Source: Saccostrea cucullata
Taxonomy: Eukaryota
Direction of reading: 5' to 3'
DNA length: 64,000 nt
NCBI RefSeq assembly: GCF_032062105.1
Contig: NW_026929981.1
Coordinates: 682,001 to 746,000, forward strand
Below the pieces are notes generated by a model. It made no database searches. It saw nothing but the letters and a program-made list of their open reading frames with translations, and was not told the origin of the DNA. The position numbers and the translations under genes are program-made. Shown here in pieces: positions 37,350 to 50,559 of this stretch. Position 1 is the first letter of the stretch, and each line of letters begins with the position of its first letter.

Positions 37350-37756
37350 CTATACAAATAGATACGTTAAAAAATAATATATTAAAAAAGGAACATTAAA
37401 TTTTTTATTTCATTCATAATAATAAAAAAAATTTCCTTCATGTAAATAATAATAACGTACTGAAATATTGTACAATCTAAAGGCTGTTTTGCCTCCGTAG
37501 ATTAATTGTGACCTGCAAGATGATGTGCCGGTGTAAAGACGAATAATGACCCCATCGAATAATGACCGGGGGTCATTTTTCGACAGCGAAAAATGACCCC
37601 GGTCATTATTCGACGTAGAAAAATGACCCTTTTGCCCGTAGAAAAAGTGGCACCACCATACAAATTTGCATAACCCACGTGAAGAAAAATGACCCCCGTA
37701 GAAAAATGACTCCCTGTGGATTAAAGCTCAAATTTTTAGGGGGCAAAAAAAAAAAG

Positions 37757-38535
37757 ATCAAGAAGCATATCGGCCAAAATGCTCACCTGAGCTTCTTTGG
37801 AATAAATTGATGATATGTTGATCTTATAACCTACGATTATAGCTATATTTTAAGGTTAATGCGATGATTCAGAGTCTAAAGGAGTAAAGATTTATCGAGC
37901 CTAAAGGGTTAAGTAAACATTGTTTTTCGATGGTGGAAATCATCGTAGTGACAGAAAAAATCTGTTACGCTTTGGGGTTTCCATCTGTTACCCGCAACTC
38001 CTCTTATGTATATAAAAAGATGTGTTTGTGAAACAGCTTTGCCCCTGTATGGCAACATAGCGAAGATTAAACTTTTCTTAAATGCAATTTAAATATAATG
38101 GTACCCAAAGTAGGGTCTTCTCACAAGAAATACAATTGCAAAATAGGAAAGCCTTAGCACCACTTGTTCAAAATTAATGGCTAAGGATAAGTGTTTGAAA
38201 GGGAGGTCAAACTCAAAGGTCAAAGGGTCAAAGTTGACGGTTTCTTAAGAAAGGTTTAATGTAACAAGGATTACATCTGTGAAGTATGAGAGTACTTATG
38301 TCTAGTATTTACCGTTTATAAGTTATAGCCAAAGTAAATTGAAATTTTTTTGTAAAATGGGACAAACTCCAACGTAAAGGTCAAAAGGTCAAATTTGGTG
38401 GTACCCAAAGTAAGGTCTTGTCACAAGGAATATACACATATTGAATATGAAAGGCATAGCTACAATAAATGAAAAGTTATGGTCAAGGTTAAAGTTTTTG
38501 CGGAGAAACAGACAGACAGACATACAGACGGACAC
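37757..38535 (-). mobile_element. Helentron-type element (AAGGTCA-rich)
   Basis: GCTCACCTGAGC subTIR region, AAGGTCA repeats and (CAGA/CGGA)n tract. Confidence 0.5.
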
Positions 38536-38539
38536 GATT

Positions 38540-38686
38540 TAAGGAATAACTGTCTTATTTTTCGATTTCATGAAGTGATCAATCGATTGGCTTGCGTGAT
38601 AATTTTCATCAACGCCGAATTATCACGCAAGCCAATCGATTGATCATCTTCATGAAATTTAAAAAAAATCTGACTGTTATTCCTTA
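38540..38686. mobile_element. Palindromic foldback MITE-like element
   Basis: TAAGGAATAAC...GATCAATCGATTGGCTTGCGTGATAATT / AATTATCACGCAAGCCAATCGATTGATC...GTTATTCCTTA. Confidence 0.75.
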
Positions 38687-38774
38687 TATTTACATGCTTT
38701 GATTCCGCCAACCCACGTGCTCCAAGCCCTGCTTCTAGACCTGTCTAGCTGGTTGTTCCGCCCTACACGTGGAT

Positions 38775-40340
38775 TTTTAGCTCTACTGGTCAGAGACCAG
38801 AAGAGCTTATGCGATAGTAATGCGTCCGTCGTCCGTCCGTCTGTCTGTCTGTCTGTAAACAATTTTTCAAAATGCTACTCCTCCTACAGTTTTGGTCTGA
38901 TTTCAATATAACTTGGCACACAAGTAGACTACACTAAGATACATAATTCTGTGCATCGGTTTTTGATTTCGATGAACGGTGTTGCCATGGTTACTAAAAA
39001 TAGAAATTTCTGTGAAATTCTTTCAAAATGCTACTCCTCCTACAAGTCTGATTTCAATATAACTTGGCACACAAGTAGACTACACTAACATACATAATTC
39101 TGTGCATCGGTTTTTGATTTTGATGAACGGTGTTGCCATGGTTACTAAAAATAGAAATTTCTGTGAAATTCTTTCAAAATGCTACTCCTCTTACAGTTTT
39201 GGTCCGATTTCAGTATAACTTGGCTGACAAGTAGACTACACTAAGATACATAATTCTGTGCATCGGTTTTCGATTTCGATGAACGGTGTTGCCATGGTTA
39301 CTAAAAATAGAAATTTCTGTGAAATTCTTTCAAAATGCTACTCCTCCAACAGATTTGTTCTGATTTCAGTATATCTTGGCACACAAGTAGACTACACTAA
39401 GATACATAATTCTGTGCATCGGTTTTTGATTTCGATGAACGGTGTTGCCATGGTTACTAAAAATAGAAATTTCTGTGAAATTCTTTCAAAATGCTACTCC
39501 TCCTACAGTTTTGGTCTGATTTCAATATAACTTGGCACACAAGTAGACTACACTAAGATACATAATTCTGTGCATCGGTTTTCGATTTCGATGAACGGTG
39601 TTGCCATGGTTACTAAAAATAGAAATTTTTGTGAAATTCTTTTAAAATGCTACTCCTCCTACAGTTTTGGTCCGATTTCAATATAACTTGGCACTCAAGT
39701 AGACTACCTTAAGATACATAATTCTGTGCATCGGTTTTTGATTTCAATGAAGGTGTTGCCATGGTTACTAAAAATAGAAATTTCTGTGAAATTCTTTTAA
39801 AATGCTACTCCTCCAACAGATTTGTTCTGATTTCAGTATATCTTGGCACACAAGTAGACTACACTAAGATACATAATTCTGTGCATCGTTTTTTGATTTC
39901 GATGAACGGTGTTGCCATGGTTACTAAAAATAGAAATTTCTGTGAAATTCTTTCAAAATGCTACTCCTCCAACAGATTTGTTCTGATTTCAGTATATCTT
40001 GGCACATAAGTAGACTATACTAAGATACATAATTCTTTGCATCGGTTTTTGATTTCGATGAACGGTGTTGCCATGGTTACTAAAAATAGAAATTTTTGTG
40101 AAATTCTTTCAAAATGCTACTCCTCCTACAGTTTTAGTCCGATATTAATATAACTTGGCACATAAGTAGACTACACTAAGATACATAATTCTGTGCACCC
40201 GTGTTTATTTTGATGGGTTGCAAGGATCATTTTTCTATTGATTGCTGTTTTGAAGTCTCAAGTCTCAACTGCTACTTTTCTCTTCCTTTGTTTTAAGTAT
40301 AAACCAGTAGAGCTTCAGTCTCGACAGAGACTTCTGGTTT
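38775..40340 (+). mobile_element. Helentron with 156-bp satellite array (about 8.5 units), copy B
   Basis: Same ends as copy A; period 156 (38865 to 39021). Confidence 0.9.
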
Positions 40341-40797
40341 TGGAAACGCGCCAATACATTGATGGGGAAATAAAGTACATTTACAATTGGTAATTTTATC
40401 TCGGACAAAGACATTGGAAATGTAAATATAAAACTATATACCCCCGAATCTTCGATTACAGGGACATAAAAAGAAATGGTCTTCAATTAACTTTTCATAT
40501 TATGATACAGTATAAAGAAGATGTTACAAAAATGAAAATTTTTGTTCTGATTTTCATATTAAATTCTCTGAAAAATATACTCAGGGCTGGGTAAAAGGGT
40601 GGTGTAAAACAAGAATTAAGAAATGTAATGAATACTGTGTGCTAAATCAAAAGATTATGTCTACGTGTATATTTTTTGCATTAGACTGTTTATTTTACAC
40701 TTAAGCCCATAGCTTTACAGAGCATATTTTTAGGTGTTATACCCACCCCATCCCCTTAACTTATTTAGGAGGAAGTCGATTATCAACAAAAGCAACA

Positions 40798-42208
40798 AAA
40801 ACCAGAAGTCTCTGTCGAGACTGAAGCTCTACTGGTTTGAACTTATAGCAAAGGAAGAGAAGAGTACTTAAGCAGCTGGGATTTGAAACTTTACAACAGC
40901 AATATATAGAATAATGATCGTTGATAAAGTCTCTTTATGTTCTTAGTGTAGTCTACTTGTGTGCCAAGTTATATTGAAATCAGACCAAAACTGTAGGAGG
41001 AGTAGCATTTTGAAACAATTTTACAAACATTTCAATTTTTAGTAACCCCAGCAACACAGTTCATCAAAATTAAAATTTGATACACAGAATTATGTATCTT
41101 AGTGTATTCTACTTGTGTGCCTAGTTATATTGAAATCAGACCAAAACTGTAGGAAGAGTAGCATTTTGAAACAATTTTACAGATATTTCTATTTTTAGTA
41201 ACCACGGCAACACCGTTCATCTAAATCAAAAACCGATAAACAGATTTATGTATCTTAGTGTATTCTACTTTTGTGCCAAATTATACTGAAATCAGACCAA
41301 AACTGTAGGAGGAGTAGCATTTTGAAAGAATTTCACAGAAATTTCTATTTTTAGTAACACGGCAACACCGTTCATTGAAATCAAAAACCGATAAACAGAA
41401 TTATGTATCTTAGTGTATTCTACTTGTGTGCCAAGTTATACTGAAATCAGACCAAAACTGTAGGAGGAGTAGCATTTTGAAAGAATTTCACAGAAATTTC
41501 TATTTTTAGTAACCACGGCAACACCGTTCATCGAAATCAAAAACCGATAAACAGAATTATGTATCTTAGCGTATTCTACTCGTGTGCCAAGTTATACTGA
41601 AATCAGACCAAAACTGTAGGAGGAGTAGCATTTTGAAAGAATTTCACAGAAATTTCTATTTTTAGTAACCACGGCAACACCGTTCATTGAAATCAAAAAC
41701 CGATACACAGAATTATGTATCTTAGTGTATTCTACTTGTGTGCCTAGTTATATTGAAATCAGACCAAAACTGTAGGAGGAGTAGCATTTTGAAAGAATTT
41801 CACAGAAATTTCTATTTTTAGTAACCACGGCAACACCGTTCATTGAAATCAAAAACCGATACACAGAATTATGTATCTTAGTGTATTCTACTTGTGTGGC
41901 AAGTTATACTGAAATCAGACCAAAACTGTAGGAGGAGTAGCATTTTGAAAGAATTTCACAGAAATTTCTATTTTTAGTAACCACGGCAACACCGTTCATC
42001 GAAATCAAAAACCGATACACAGAATTATGTATCTAATGTATTCTACTTGTGTGCCAAGTTATATTGAAATTAGACCAAAACTGTAGGAGGAGTAGCATTT
42101 TGAAAAATTGTTTACAGACAGACGGACAGACAGACAGACAGACGGACGGACGCCGGACGCATTACTATCGCATAAGCTCTTCTGGTCTCTGACCAGTAGA
42201 GCTAAAAA
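40798..42208 (-). mobile_element. Helentron with 156-bp satellite array (about 7.5 units), copy C, tail-to-tail with B
   Basis: Reverse-complement ends and array. Confidence 0.9.
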
Positions 42209-43389
42209 CTAACCTACCTTTATTTTTCTATAAGGAGGTACTAAAAATAAGGTTAAAATAATCTAATATTCTACTAATTTTCAACTGTTACTTTGCCACA
42301 ATACTTTCAAGTATACCCCACCAACATATTTAAAGCATGCTTATTCATGGCGAAGTAAATTATGATATGATAGAACTTGTGTGAAGACTTAACTTTATTT
42401 CAATATTTTATCTAGAGCCTCTTTCAGTATTATTGAAAGGTATAGAGTTTTATTTATATTTTTGCTTTTCATTTATCTTTTTATTATTTTTTTTTTTTAA
42501 CGTAATTTTTTTGGGGGGGGGGGGGGGGGGGTGGGGGGTGGGGAGGGGTATATATTTCCTCCTCTTTCATTGTCAAATAGGATTTGCCAAACTTATACAA
42601 GCTAAAAGTTGAAATGAAAGAAAAATTATTTTTTTCTATTAAAGAGTATTGGAACCTGATTGTTGCATCATGGTTTGATTTCTAAAAACAAGTGGAATAT
42701 CATTCTTTAAGCAAACACGGTAAGGAGGAATATTAAAAAGAAATTTTATTTACTTGACAATTAAAGAATCTCTTTTAACTTTAAAGGGGGTCATTTTTCA
42801 ATGGGGGTCAATTTTTTTATAGGACTAACATATAAAATAATTACCCCTAGGACACTTTTTCTACAAAAATTGACTTTTTTCTACGAGAAGGGGGTCATTT
42901 TTTGTCGTTGAAATATGACCCCCGGTCATTATTCGATGGGGGTCATTATTCGTCTTTACACCGGGTGATTCCGCATCTAATGTTTAGTTTGCGGAAATAA
43001 GTTCCGGTATAGTGACATACAGAAGCGGGAAGGCATGATGTACACCAAAAAGTAAGTTTTATCTGTGCATTTATATCTAATTCTGCCATTTTTTAACCCT
43101 ATTTCTCTACATGTAAACAGGACATGCAAAAATTTAATAAGTTCGTTTTAAATTAAAGCTTCTGTCAACCGCTAATTATCTTTGAAGATTAATTTGACAT
43201 GTATAAAACTTCGACAAAATGCAATTACCAACAGGCGTTTTCTTCTCTTTCGAGATGAACTGCAATTATTTTTTGGGATTCTTCCACTTTATTAATCTTT
43301 GAAGGGTCCAGCGCTTCAGACGCAGCGCTTTTATAATGTCATTTCATAGAGGTAGATAGTATTTCGAAGAAAGTGTACTGAAGTTAAAA

Positions 43390-44125
43390 TATCCCCGCTC
43401 CGAAGGAGAGAGGGGTACACTGTTTAACCATTGTGTGTCTATCTAGCTGTCTGAGTGTCTGTCCGTAACAAATTTTCGTCGCAGTTTTCTCTGCAACTAG
43501 TCATCGCAGATGCTTGAAAGTTTAGCACATTCTTTGCTAAGGCATGCAATATATTGGGATTAATTTTGTACAAATCCTTGTTAATCTGTGTGTCTGTCCG
43601 TAACATACATATTTAAACAAATTTTCGTAACATTTTTCACAGCAACTAATCGCAGATGCTTGACATTTAGCACATTCTTTGCTGTTTGTTGGGATTCATT
43701 TCTGTAGGAATCTGATGTCAACTTCCTGTTTATCTGTGCATTTGTCCGTACCATACATAACAAATATTCGTCGCTTTTTTCTCGGCAACTACTCATGGCA
43801 GATGCTTGAAATTTAGCATCTTCAGTGTACTTGTTCTTCCCTGAGGCATGCCATATAGTGCGATGTATTTCTATGGGAATCTGATGTCAACTTGTTTATC
43901 TGTGCGTATGTCAGTACCATACATAAATTTTCGTCGCAGTTTTCTCAGCAATTGCTCATGACAGATGCTTGAAAGACTCTTTATTGAGGAATGCCATATG
44001 GTGGGATTTATTTTTGTATGGATCTGATTGCCCATAACTGAAATTGTTTATATTACCATGATACTGTGTATTCACATCAGAGCGGGGGTATTACTAGTTA
44101 GCATTGGCTCACAGACTTATTATTA
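43390..44125 (+). mobile_element. Helentron-type element with about 5 degenerate internal repeats
   Basis: CCCCGCTC/GAGCGGGG subTIRs; repeated CAAATTTTCGTCGCAGTTTTCTC...CAGATGCTTGAAA units. Confidence 0.65.
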
Positions 44126-44789
44126 GTACCTGACTCATGAGGTGAAAGTATCGTGTGCTATTCTCAACTTGACACATTTATTTACTTTGTGTGAAAAAAA
44201 GTTTAAATATTTTCATTTCCTCGGTAAAGGTAATTGAAGAAACATAATTATGAACATAACACATTCCGTTTTCAATGTAATTATCAACTCTCCATTCCTG
44301 AAAAGTAATGGTGTGCCCAAACAAAAGACGTCAAAGGTCGATTTTATTCTATAAACCAAAGAAGTAATAGTAATAAATCTATGCTCTACACTAAACTAAT
44401 TTGTAATCAACAATAAAGTCATTATGCCACGCAGGTGCATTCTAATGCGCCAATGCCTATCTTAGCATTGGGTTTTGAAAGGCAACCATTTAGTTACTCA
44501 AATTTAGTAGAATAATTTGATAGCGATATATTTTAGCAAGATATTATGTTTTTGAGCTCTGTGTTTGCTGTATTCAAAATTTATATAGTTTATATATAAA
44601 GTTTATATAGAAAAGAAAAACCTCAATGTTAACGGTAAAAAAAATTGGTTCTGTAAGATATTGGAACCTACTCCCCCCACCCCTTTGAATTTTTTTCTCC
44701 GGCTGCCACCCCCCCCCCCCTTTTTTTCAAAGACGATGCTACGTCACTGGGATTTATATGCATGTATGTGTATATATAAATACTTTTTT

Positions 44790-45800
44790 CCTCGTCGAAT
44801 TTGTCGGTGTTTCTGCTTATGATAAGCCATTTCTTCGGTTGGTAGGTCGGGGCATGAAGCATTTACTTTTACGGTTCAGGTTCTCCAGAATAAAGTCACC
44901 CCTTCACCTTTGCTCTCATTCCCAGTAACAGTGTAAGTCTCATTGTTTCTAATGAATTCGTAGACTGCAGGAGGGCACTGTACACGAATTAACGAGTCTC
45001 TGACAAAAACCTAAATAAAATGGCACATTTAGCCCGAAAATAAAATTTAAGGTGAAAATTTGGATCTACTGCAGAGAATTACGTCGCTGTTGTTTCGTCT
45101 TACTCCTGCTCTAAAAATATGAGGCGCTATACTGTAATCAAATACAATTTGTACCATCATATCTTCATTAGGGTTCTTTTGACAGGCTAAAAATCCTTCG
45201 ACGGAGGGCGTTTCTTTTTTTTCCATTGCCTGGCGAACATACGGAACAAGGAGATCATCAGACATGGCAAAATGGAAAATTTCAAGAATTTAACAGCTTT
45301 TATGGTGATCTGCAATATAAAATATAACTATAATTGGCGATGAGCATATTATTTTATGTAAAAAATAATTACACAAAAGGAAAATACAATTTTAATTTGT
45401 TATTAATTTCTATTTTCTATACCGTGGGCAGCCTGACAATGCTGCAAGGGCCTTCGGACTCTTGAAACCCAGCATTTTTGCAAAATCCTTACAGGAGTAT
45501 CAAAAGTGCCTTTGTCATGTTAATTTCAAAGTGACCATGTCCTAAAGCATGTAGAATTAGCAAAAATGTTGATTTTATTGAAAAACCGTTGAAATATTAT
45601 TGCACACTATAATTGAAATTAGGGTAACACCTGCTAGCATTAAAATATTCCTATATTTTCTTCCTTCCTCTTAATCACTGACATGTTTGGGAGGTCTGAA
45701 TATGATTGAAAAACTCGTCTTCGCCATATTGGATGCGACATGTTGGACAAATGTATAATTCTTCGATGATCCTGGAGGCACCCTACTGCCACCCTCTGTC
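44790..45800 (-). pseudogene. Another remnant of the spliced Academ/DUF6589-like transposase (catalytic core)
   Basis: LGHGHFEINMTKA..LGFKSPKALAALSGC | DHHK..ILEIFHFAMSDDLLVPYVR..FRAGVRRNN..RDSLIRVQCPP..TGNESKGEG-DFILENLNRKSK; intron at about 45312-45422. Confidence 0.6.
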
Positions 45801-45834
45801 ATGACGCACCAACCTCGGCCTCCGGCAGTCAGTT

Positions 45835-47940
45835 TTTCTTGCAGTAAAGCATTTCCAAGAAGTACTGAAGGACCAAAAAGTTTTGGTCAAGAGAGACAAC
45901 ACCACTTTTATGACTTATATATCAACAAGCAGGGGAGGGGAGGGGGGGGGGCACAGTCCATCCCTATGCATTTTGGTCTGGAACATGTATCAGTGGGATA
46001 TAGACAACACTGTCATCTTAACTGCCCAACATATAGCAGGGAAAGCCAACATACTTGCAGATCTTCTGTCTCGAAGATCAAAAATACTTCCAGCAGAGTG
46101 GATGCTAAACAAGGCAGTTGCACAGACAATATTCAGTATGTGGGATAGACCGCAAGTAAACGTGTTCTCAACTCGATGGAATTGTCAAATTCAGACCTAT
46201 TTGTTCCGTTCCCAGACGAACTAGCTCTGTCAGTGGATGCCGTGAATCTCAGTTGGCAAGGGTGAATAGGATATGCTTATCCCCTGTGATTCTAATCCCC
46301 AAAACACTGCAGAAAATTCAGTCATCAGACGGCATTAAAATACTGATGGCCCCCTTTTGGACAATTAAGACGACCATGGTTTCGAGAACTAGCTCAGTTA
46401 CTAATAGATTACCCAGTAAGGCTTCCAATGGTGCACAACTTGATAAGCCAGCGAGGAGGCAGGTTTCTACATCCAAACAGAGAAATGTTAAAGCTGACAG
46501 CATGGAAATTATCCGCAAACAGTACATTAAGGAGTTTTCTAGATCAGTGTCTAAAAGACCATCAGCTTGTAGACGAAACAGCACAAACAAAACATAATAA
46601 CAGACTCAGACTGTATTTTGATTGGTCCAAGGGAGAAAGTATTGATCTCTTGCAAGCATATGAACTTCAAATAGCTGACTTTCTTGAGTTTCTTTATTCA
46701 GTAAAGAAATTACAAGCTAGAACTATTGCAGGATACAGATCTTCAATTGCTGCTGTGCATCCAGGTTGGGATGGAATACATGTAACTGTTGGTAAGACAG
46801 AAAGCCTAGAAAAACTTTTAAAAGCGTATTTTATTGTTCGTCCTCCTAGAAGGAGACATCCCAACATGGAATGTAGATTTTTGGTTTACAGTGTCTATGT
46901 AAACATCCTTCTGAGCCTTTAGGTCAGGTAGACCTTAAATTTTTGACTTTAAAAACACTCTGTTTAGTGGCTGCTGCTTCTGGTACAAGAGTTAGTTGCC
47001 TACATGTACTTACAATTGATGAAGGACATATGAAATGGGACAGAGATGTTGTCTCTATTATACCGTCACCTAAATTTTTAGCAAAAAAATAACACGACAA
47101 ACAAAATTACACTGCCAAAAATGTAAAAAAAAAAATTCCATCCATTAAAGAGGAAAATTTGCTTTGTCCAGTACGTGCTTTGAGAATGTATATTAAAAGG
47201 ACAGAGAACTAAAGAGCCGGGTCAAAAAAGTTTTTTTTTTAAAGAAAAACCAGCATAATCCAGCTTCAAAAGATTCTATTTCTAAATGGATTGTAAAAAC
47301 AATCAAGTTGGCATATTCAGATCAGAATTTGGAGGGAGTTAGAGCACATGATGTTAGAAGCCTCTCCTCTTCTTGGGCTCTATTTCAAGGAACTTCCATT
47401 CAGGACATCATCGAAGCTGCATCTTGGAAATTAGAAAACACTTTTACATGAGAGATATGTGTAGAACAGCTGTTTTGGGGAGATCTGTGAAGTCTGCTGC
47501 CCATGGACACTAAAATTCATTCAAGACCAGTTAAATTTCTTACCTTTTTTGCATAATCTATAATTGATACATTTGAATATTTATTGATGAGGTACAACCA
47601 CCTCCTTTCTAGCTTCAAAATCTGTAGCTATTGTTAACTCTCATACTTATCTGCAGATAAGTATGATGCGAAGGAGATTATAAATTTCCTTTGAGATAAT
47701 TATCTCCAAGCATCATACTTATCTGTTAGACTCCTTCCGAACCTTCCAACTTAAGTATATCTATGAGATAGTAATTTGAATGAAGATGAGCATGCGGAAG
47801 TAGGTGGCGCTGCTTGGGTTTGGGGAGTGTATAAAATTTGACTTGGCGGTGGTAACAAATTCCGGGAATGAGTAGCTATTGTTAACTCTAACAGGTAAAT
47901 ATGATGCTCGGAGATAATTATCTCAAAGAAAATTTATATT
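45835..47940 (+). mobile_element. DIRS1-like tyrosine-recombinase retroelement, 3' part
   Basis: RNase H (HIAGKANILADLLSR), MT-like region (SW.G..YAYP), YR (TIAGYRSSI, SGTRVS, CPVRAL, RAHDVRS, ASW..ENTF); terminal inverted structure 47680-47730 vs 47887-47938 with an ICR-like repeat at about 47625. Confidence 0.85.
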
Positions 47941-48419
47941 CTTCTAATATACTTGGATTAGCATGTGGAGCTTCTTGATTAAAAGGTAAATAGAAGTTAT
48001 TTGTATAGATGTAATGATTTTTTTGTAGTAAACTAAGAAAATACATGCCTGTTGGATATTGCACACACAACCCGGACAAAATCATCGATGTGTGGTATTT
48101 GGTTTGATGGAAGTATTTTCCCCAAGTGACACCATTGCTTTATCCGAGCATTTGCGGATTCAACAACCCAGTGTATATATGGGTAGACATATAGGTACAT
48201 GTACAAGTATTATGAATGCAATATATTTAGAAATATCCTGTTAAAACTTGTTCAGCATATGTGTGAAAATTAATTTTTTAAACAGATAAAGAAAATTTCT
48301 TTAGAATCATCAAGTCACCTGAGTCACCTATTGCTGTCTGTTTTCGTCCGAGGTCCGTCGTGGGTTAACTTTTGAACATTTTCAACCTCTTCTCTTAAAC
48401 CGCTGATCCAGTTTCCAAG

Positions 48420-48800
48420 GAAATCTTTATCTTCAGTTTCGGTAAGACTTTCGCTGTTGTTGAAATCTATTCTAGTTTTCTCATTTCGCATGACTCCAGA
48501 CCGTAAAAACTTAATAAGCTGGATACTATAGTAATTTATGTTTTGCTGAGGGTAGTGGTTTCATCTTGGATGCTTTCTTGAAGATGCTTAGGGCAGCAAC
48601 GAAAGCCAGCTAGCATAAAAACCTCCTTTGAAATAAAAATGCGGTGCCTTAATTTATGTAAACTGGAACTACGACTAGCTTGGGTCCAGGTCGTTTACAG
48701 ATTAAGCACATAGCATGTCCCCTTCATGTGCATAGAAAAGGCAGTGTTACCGATGGTGGGCTAAATGGAGGTGCTGGGGATGCTAATGACGGTTCTGTCC
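48420..48800 (-). pseudogene. Possible ISL2EU/Harbinger-type transposase N-terminal remnant
   Basis: HAMCLICKRPGPKLVVVP..AGFRCCPKHL Cys/His motif across a frameshift. Confidence 0.35.
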
Positions 48801-48837
48801 TACCAATGTCTTGTGGTCTGGGATAATTGGGGTGTTT

Positions 48838-49387
48838 TTTAGCCGGGCTTATTGCTCAAAGAGCAGTTGCCGGCTTATGTCATCCTGTTCAAGGCAGGAA
48901 GTCAACCCCATAGTCGCCATTTTAAATTTACGTGCAAAAATATAGTTCTCACTCTCAACCGCTTTTGAGATAATACAAACGCTAAATAAAGCAACAAAAA
49001 TAAAAAAAAAAGTTTTTTATCTATATAAATAAACATTAGTAGTAATGACTTTGAAAACTTCAGTCCTAAGTCAAAGAGCATAGTTCATTAGCGTAAGGAT
49101 TTTTGATAATCAGTGTTATCGTAGTTCTCTACACATACGAGGTCAAGCAGGAGAGGGAACCAGACTAGCCTGTTTGTTTACATTCAGCTGCGGTACCAGA
49201 TTAATTCTGATTCTGACAAAATCGAACCGTGGTATTTGGATTGAAAAACTCACTGTCAGTGTCTTATCATTAATATTGATAGTTTTTAAATATTTTTTTC
49301 ATCAGAATATAAACGTGATTCAGGTAAGAAATTCATTCTACTCTGTAAATGAGCCCGGCTCTCTGTACTTCTGAGTACTTTGATTTA
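48838..49387 (+). mobile_element. Helentron-type element (sister of 26290-26820)
   Basis: subTIRs AGCCGGGCT/AGCCCGGCT, 5' TTGCTCAAAGAGCA hairpin, 3' GTACTTCTGAGTAC hairpin. Confidence 0.75.
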
Positions 49388-50559
49388 GGTAGTTGTAGCA
49401 CATACATTTGCATTTATTGCAAAGAATATAAATCCCTGTCAGGGGGTGTCCTTCCGGACAGCTTTGTTATGACCGCCCTACATTTTGGGTACCGACCAGA
49501 CCCAACCTGACACCCAAGCAGTCCCAGAAAGTAGTCCCCGGGACTGCTTTGGAACTGCTCTGGGGCTGCTGTGGGACCGCTATGGGACTGCTCTAGAAAG
49601 CAGACCTAGCTGTCCCTGGGACTGCTTTGTTCACTCATGTGCGAAAAAGGTTCTGACTGACATGATAGCTCCGCTCCCTTGAGCATTCTGAATTTGCAGG
49701 CTCTCTGTTTTTTTTTTTACTTGCAGCAGAGAGGAGTTTAAACTAAACTATTAAAAAAGCAAGGATTTAATTTCTTTCAATCTTTTAATAAATATAGATT
49801 GTTATACATGCAATTGATATTTTCAGGGATTGCATATTTACACAAATGTAGTTTAGAATAAATTTAAAAAAAAATAAAGTTGTTAAATAAGGAAGTCGGG
49901 AGGAGATTTTTATCCCTAAGTAAAAATAAACTACAGGTTTATAAGAAAAAAAATCTACCCATGTACATGTAGGCCTATTTATTACTTAATGTAAAATTAT
50001 GTACTTAAAATTTGCATTGGCACCATTTAAAAAATTAATTACAGTTCGATGTAAGATTTTTTAATTGAAAAAGCTACACGTTTTACAAGTACCACGGTAA
50101 AAAGGAGAGTATTCCATATGTACAACCCTCAAGTAAAACCTAACAAGTTATTGAATAGCCATGAAATAATAAACTCATGCTACTTTTCTTCCGTAACATT
50201 AACAATGTGAAAATCATTGGGGAATTTATTAATGAAATAGTTTTTAATTTATAAACAAGTTATTGAAAGAATACATTTATTGAAAAAAAAAAGTTGAAAA
50301 TACCGGGAATTGTGATTTATTTCTTCTGTTTTTTTTTTTGTTTTGCTTGCTTATGTTTACCTGGCCAATACATTAATATTTTCCGCGGTGCGGAGATAAG
50401 CGGAAAATAATTGTCTTATTGATTCGGAAAAAAAGTTATCCGATGAAACTGGAGTTTAAAGTCACGTGGTTTGAGTCTATGAGTAGTGTTCGAATAACAC
50501 GAGGAATTAGTTCTAGCCCGTCTTCCGAGGAAGGCAGGTTAGAATTTTACAACGGAAAA

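Larger units (their letters stand above)
37528..42964. mobile_element. TIR DNA element with subterminal AATGACCC repeats and 3-bp TSD, carrying nested elements
   Basis: TIR CCGGTGTAAAGACGAATAATGACCCC at both ends; TSD GTG. Confidence 0.8.

Noticed and set aside
38865-42105. Regular repeat arrays as CRISPR or as coding repeats (ORFs MVTKNRNFCEIL...)
   Set aside because: Units are contiguous 156-bp monomers without unique spacers, inside Helentron ends; the ORFs are incidental.
49485-49682. GC-richer ORF with GGGACTGC repeats
   Set aside because: Short tandem repeat of about 11 bp, probably a TE subterminal region; no protein signal.
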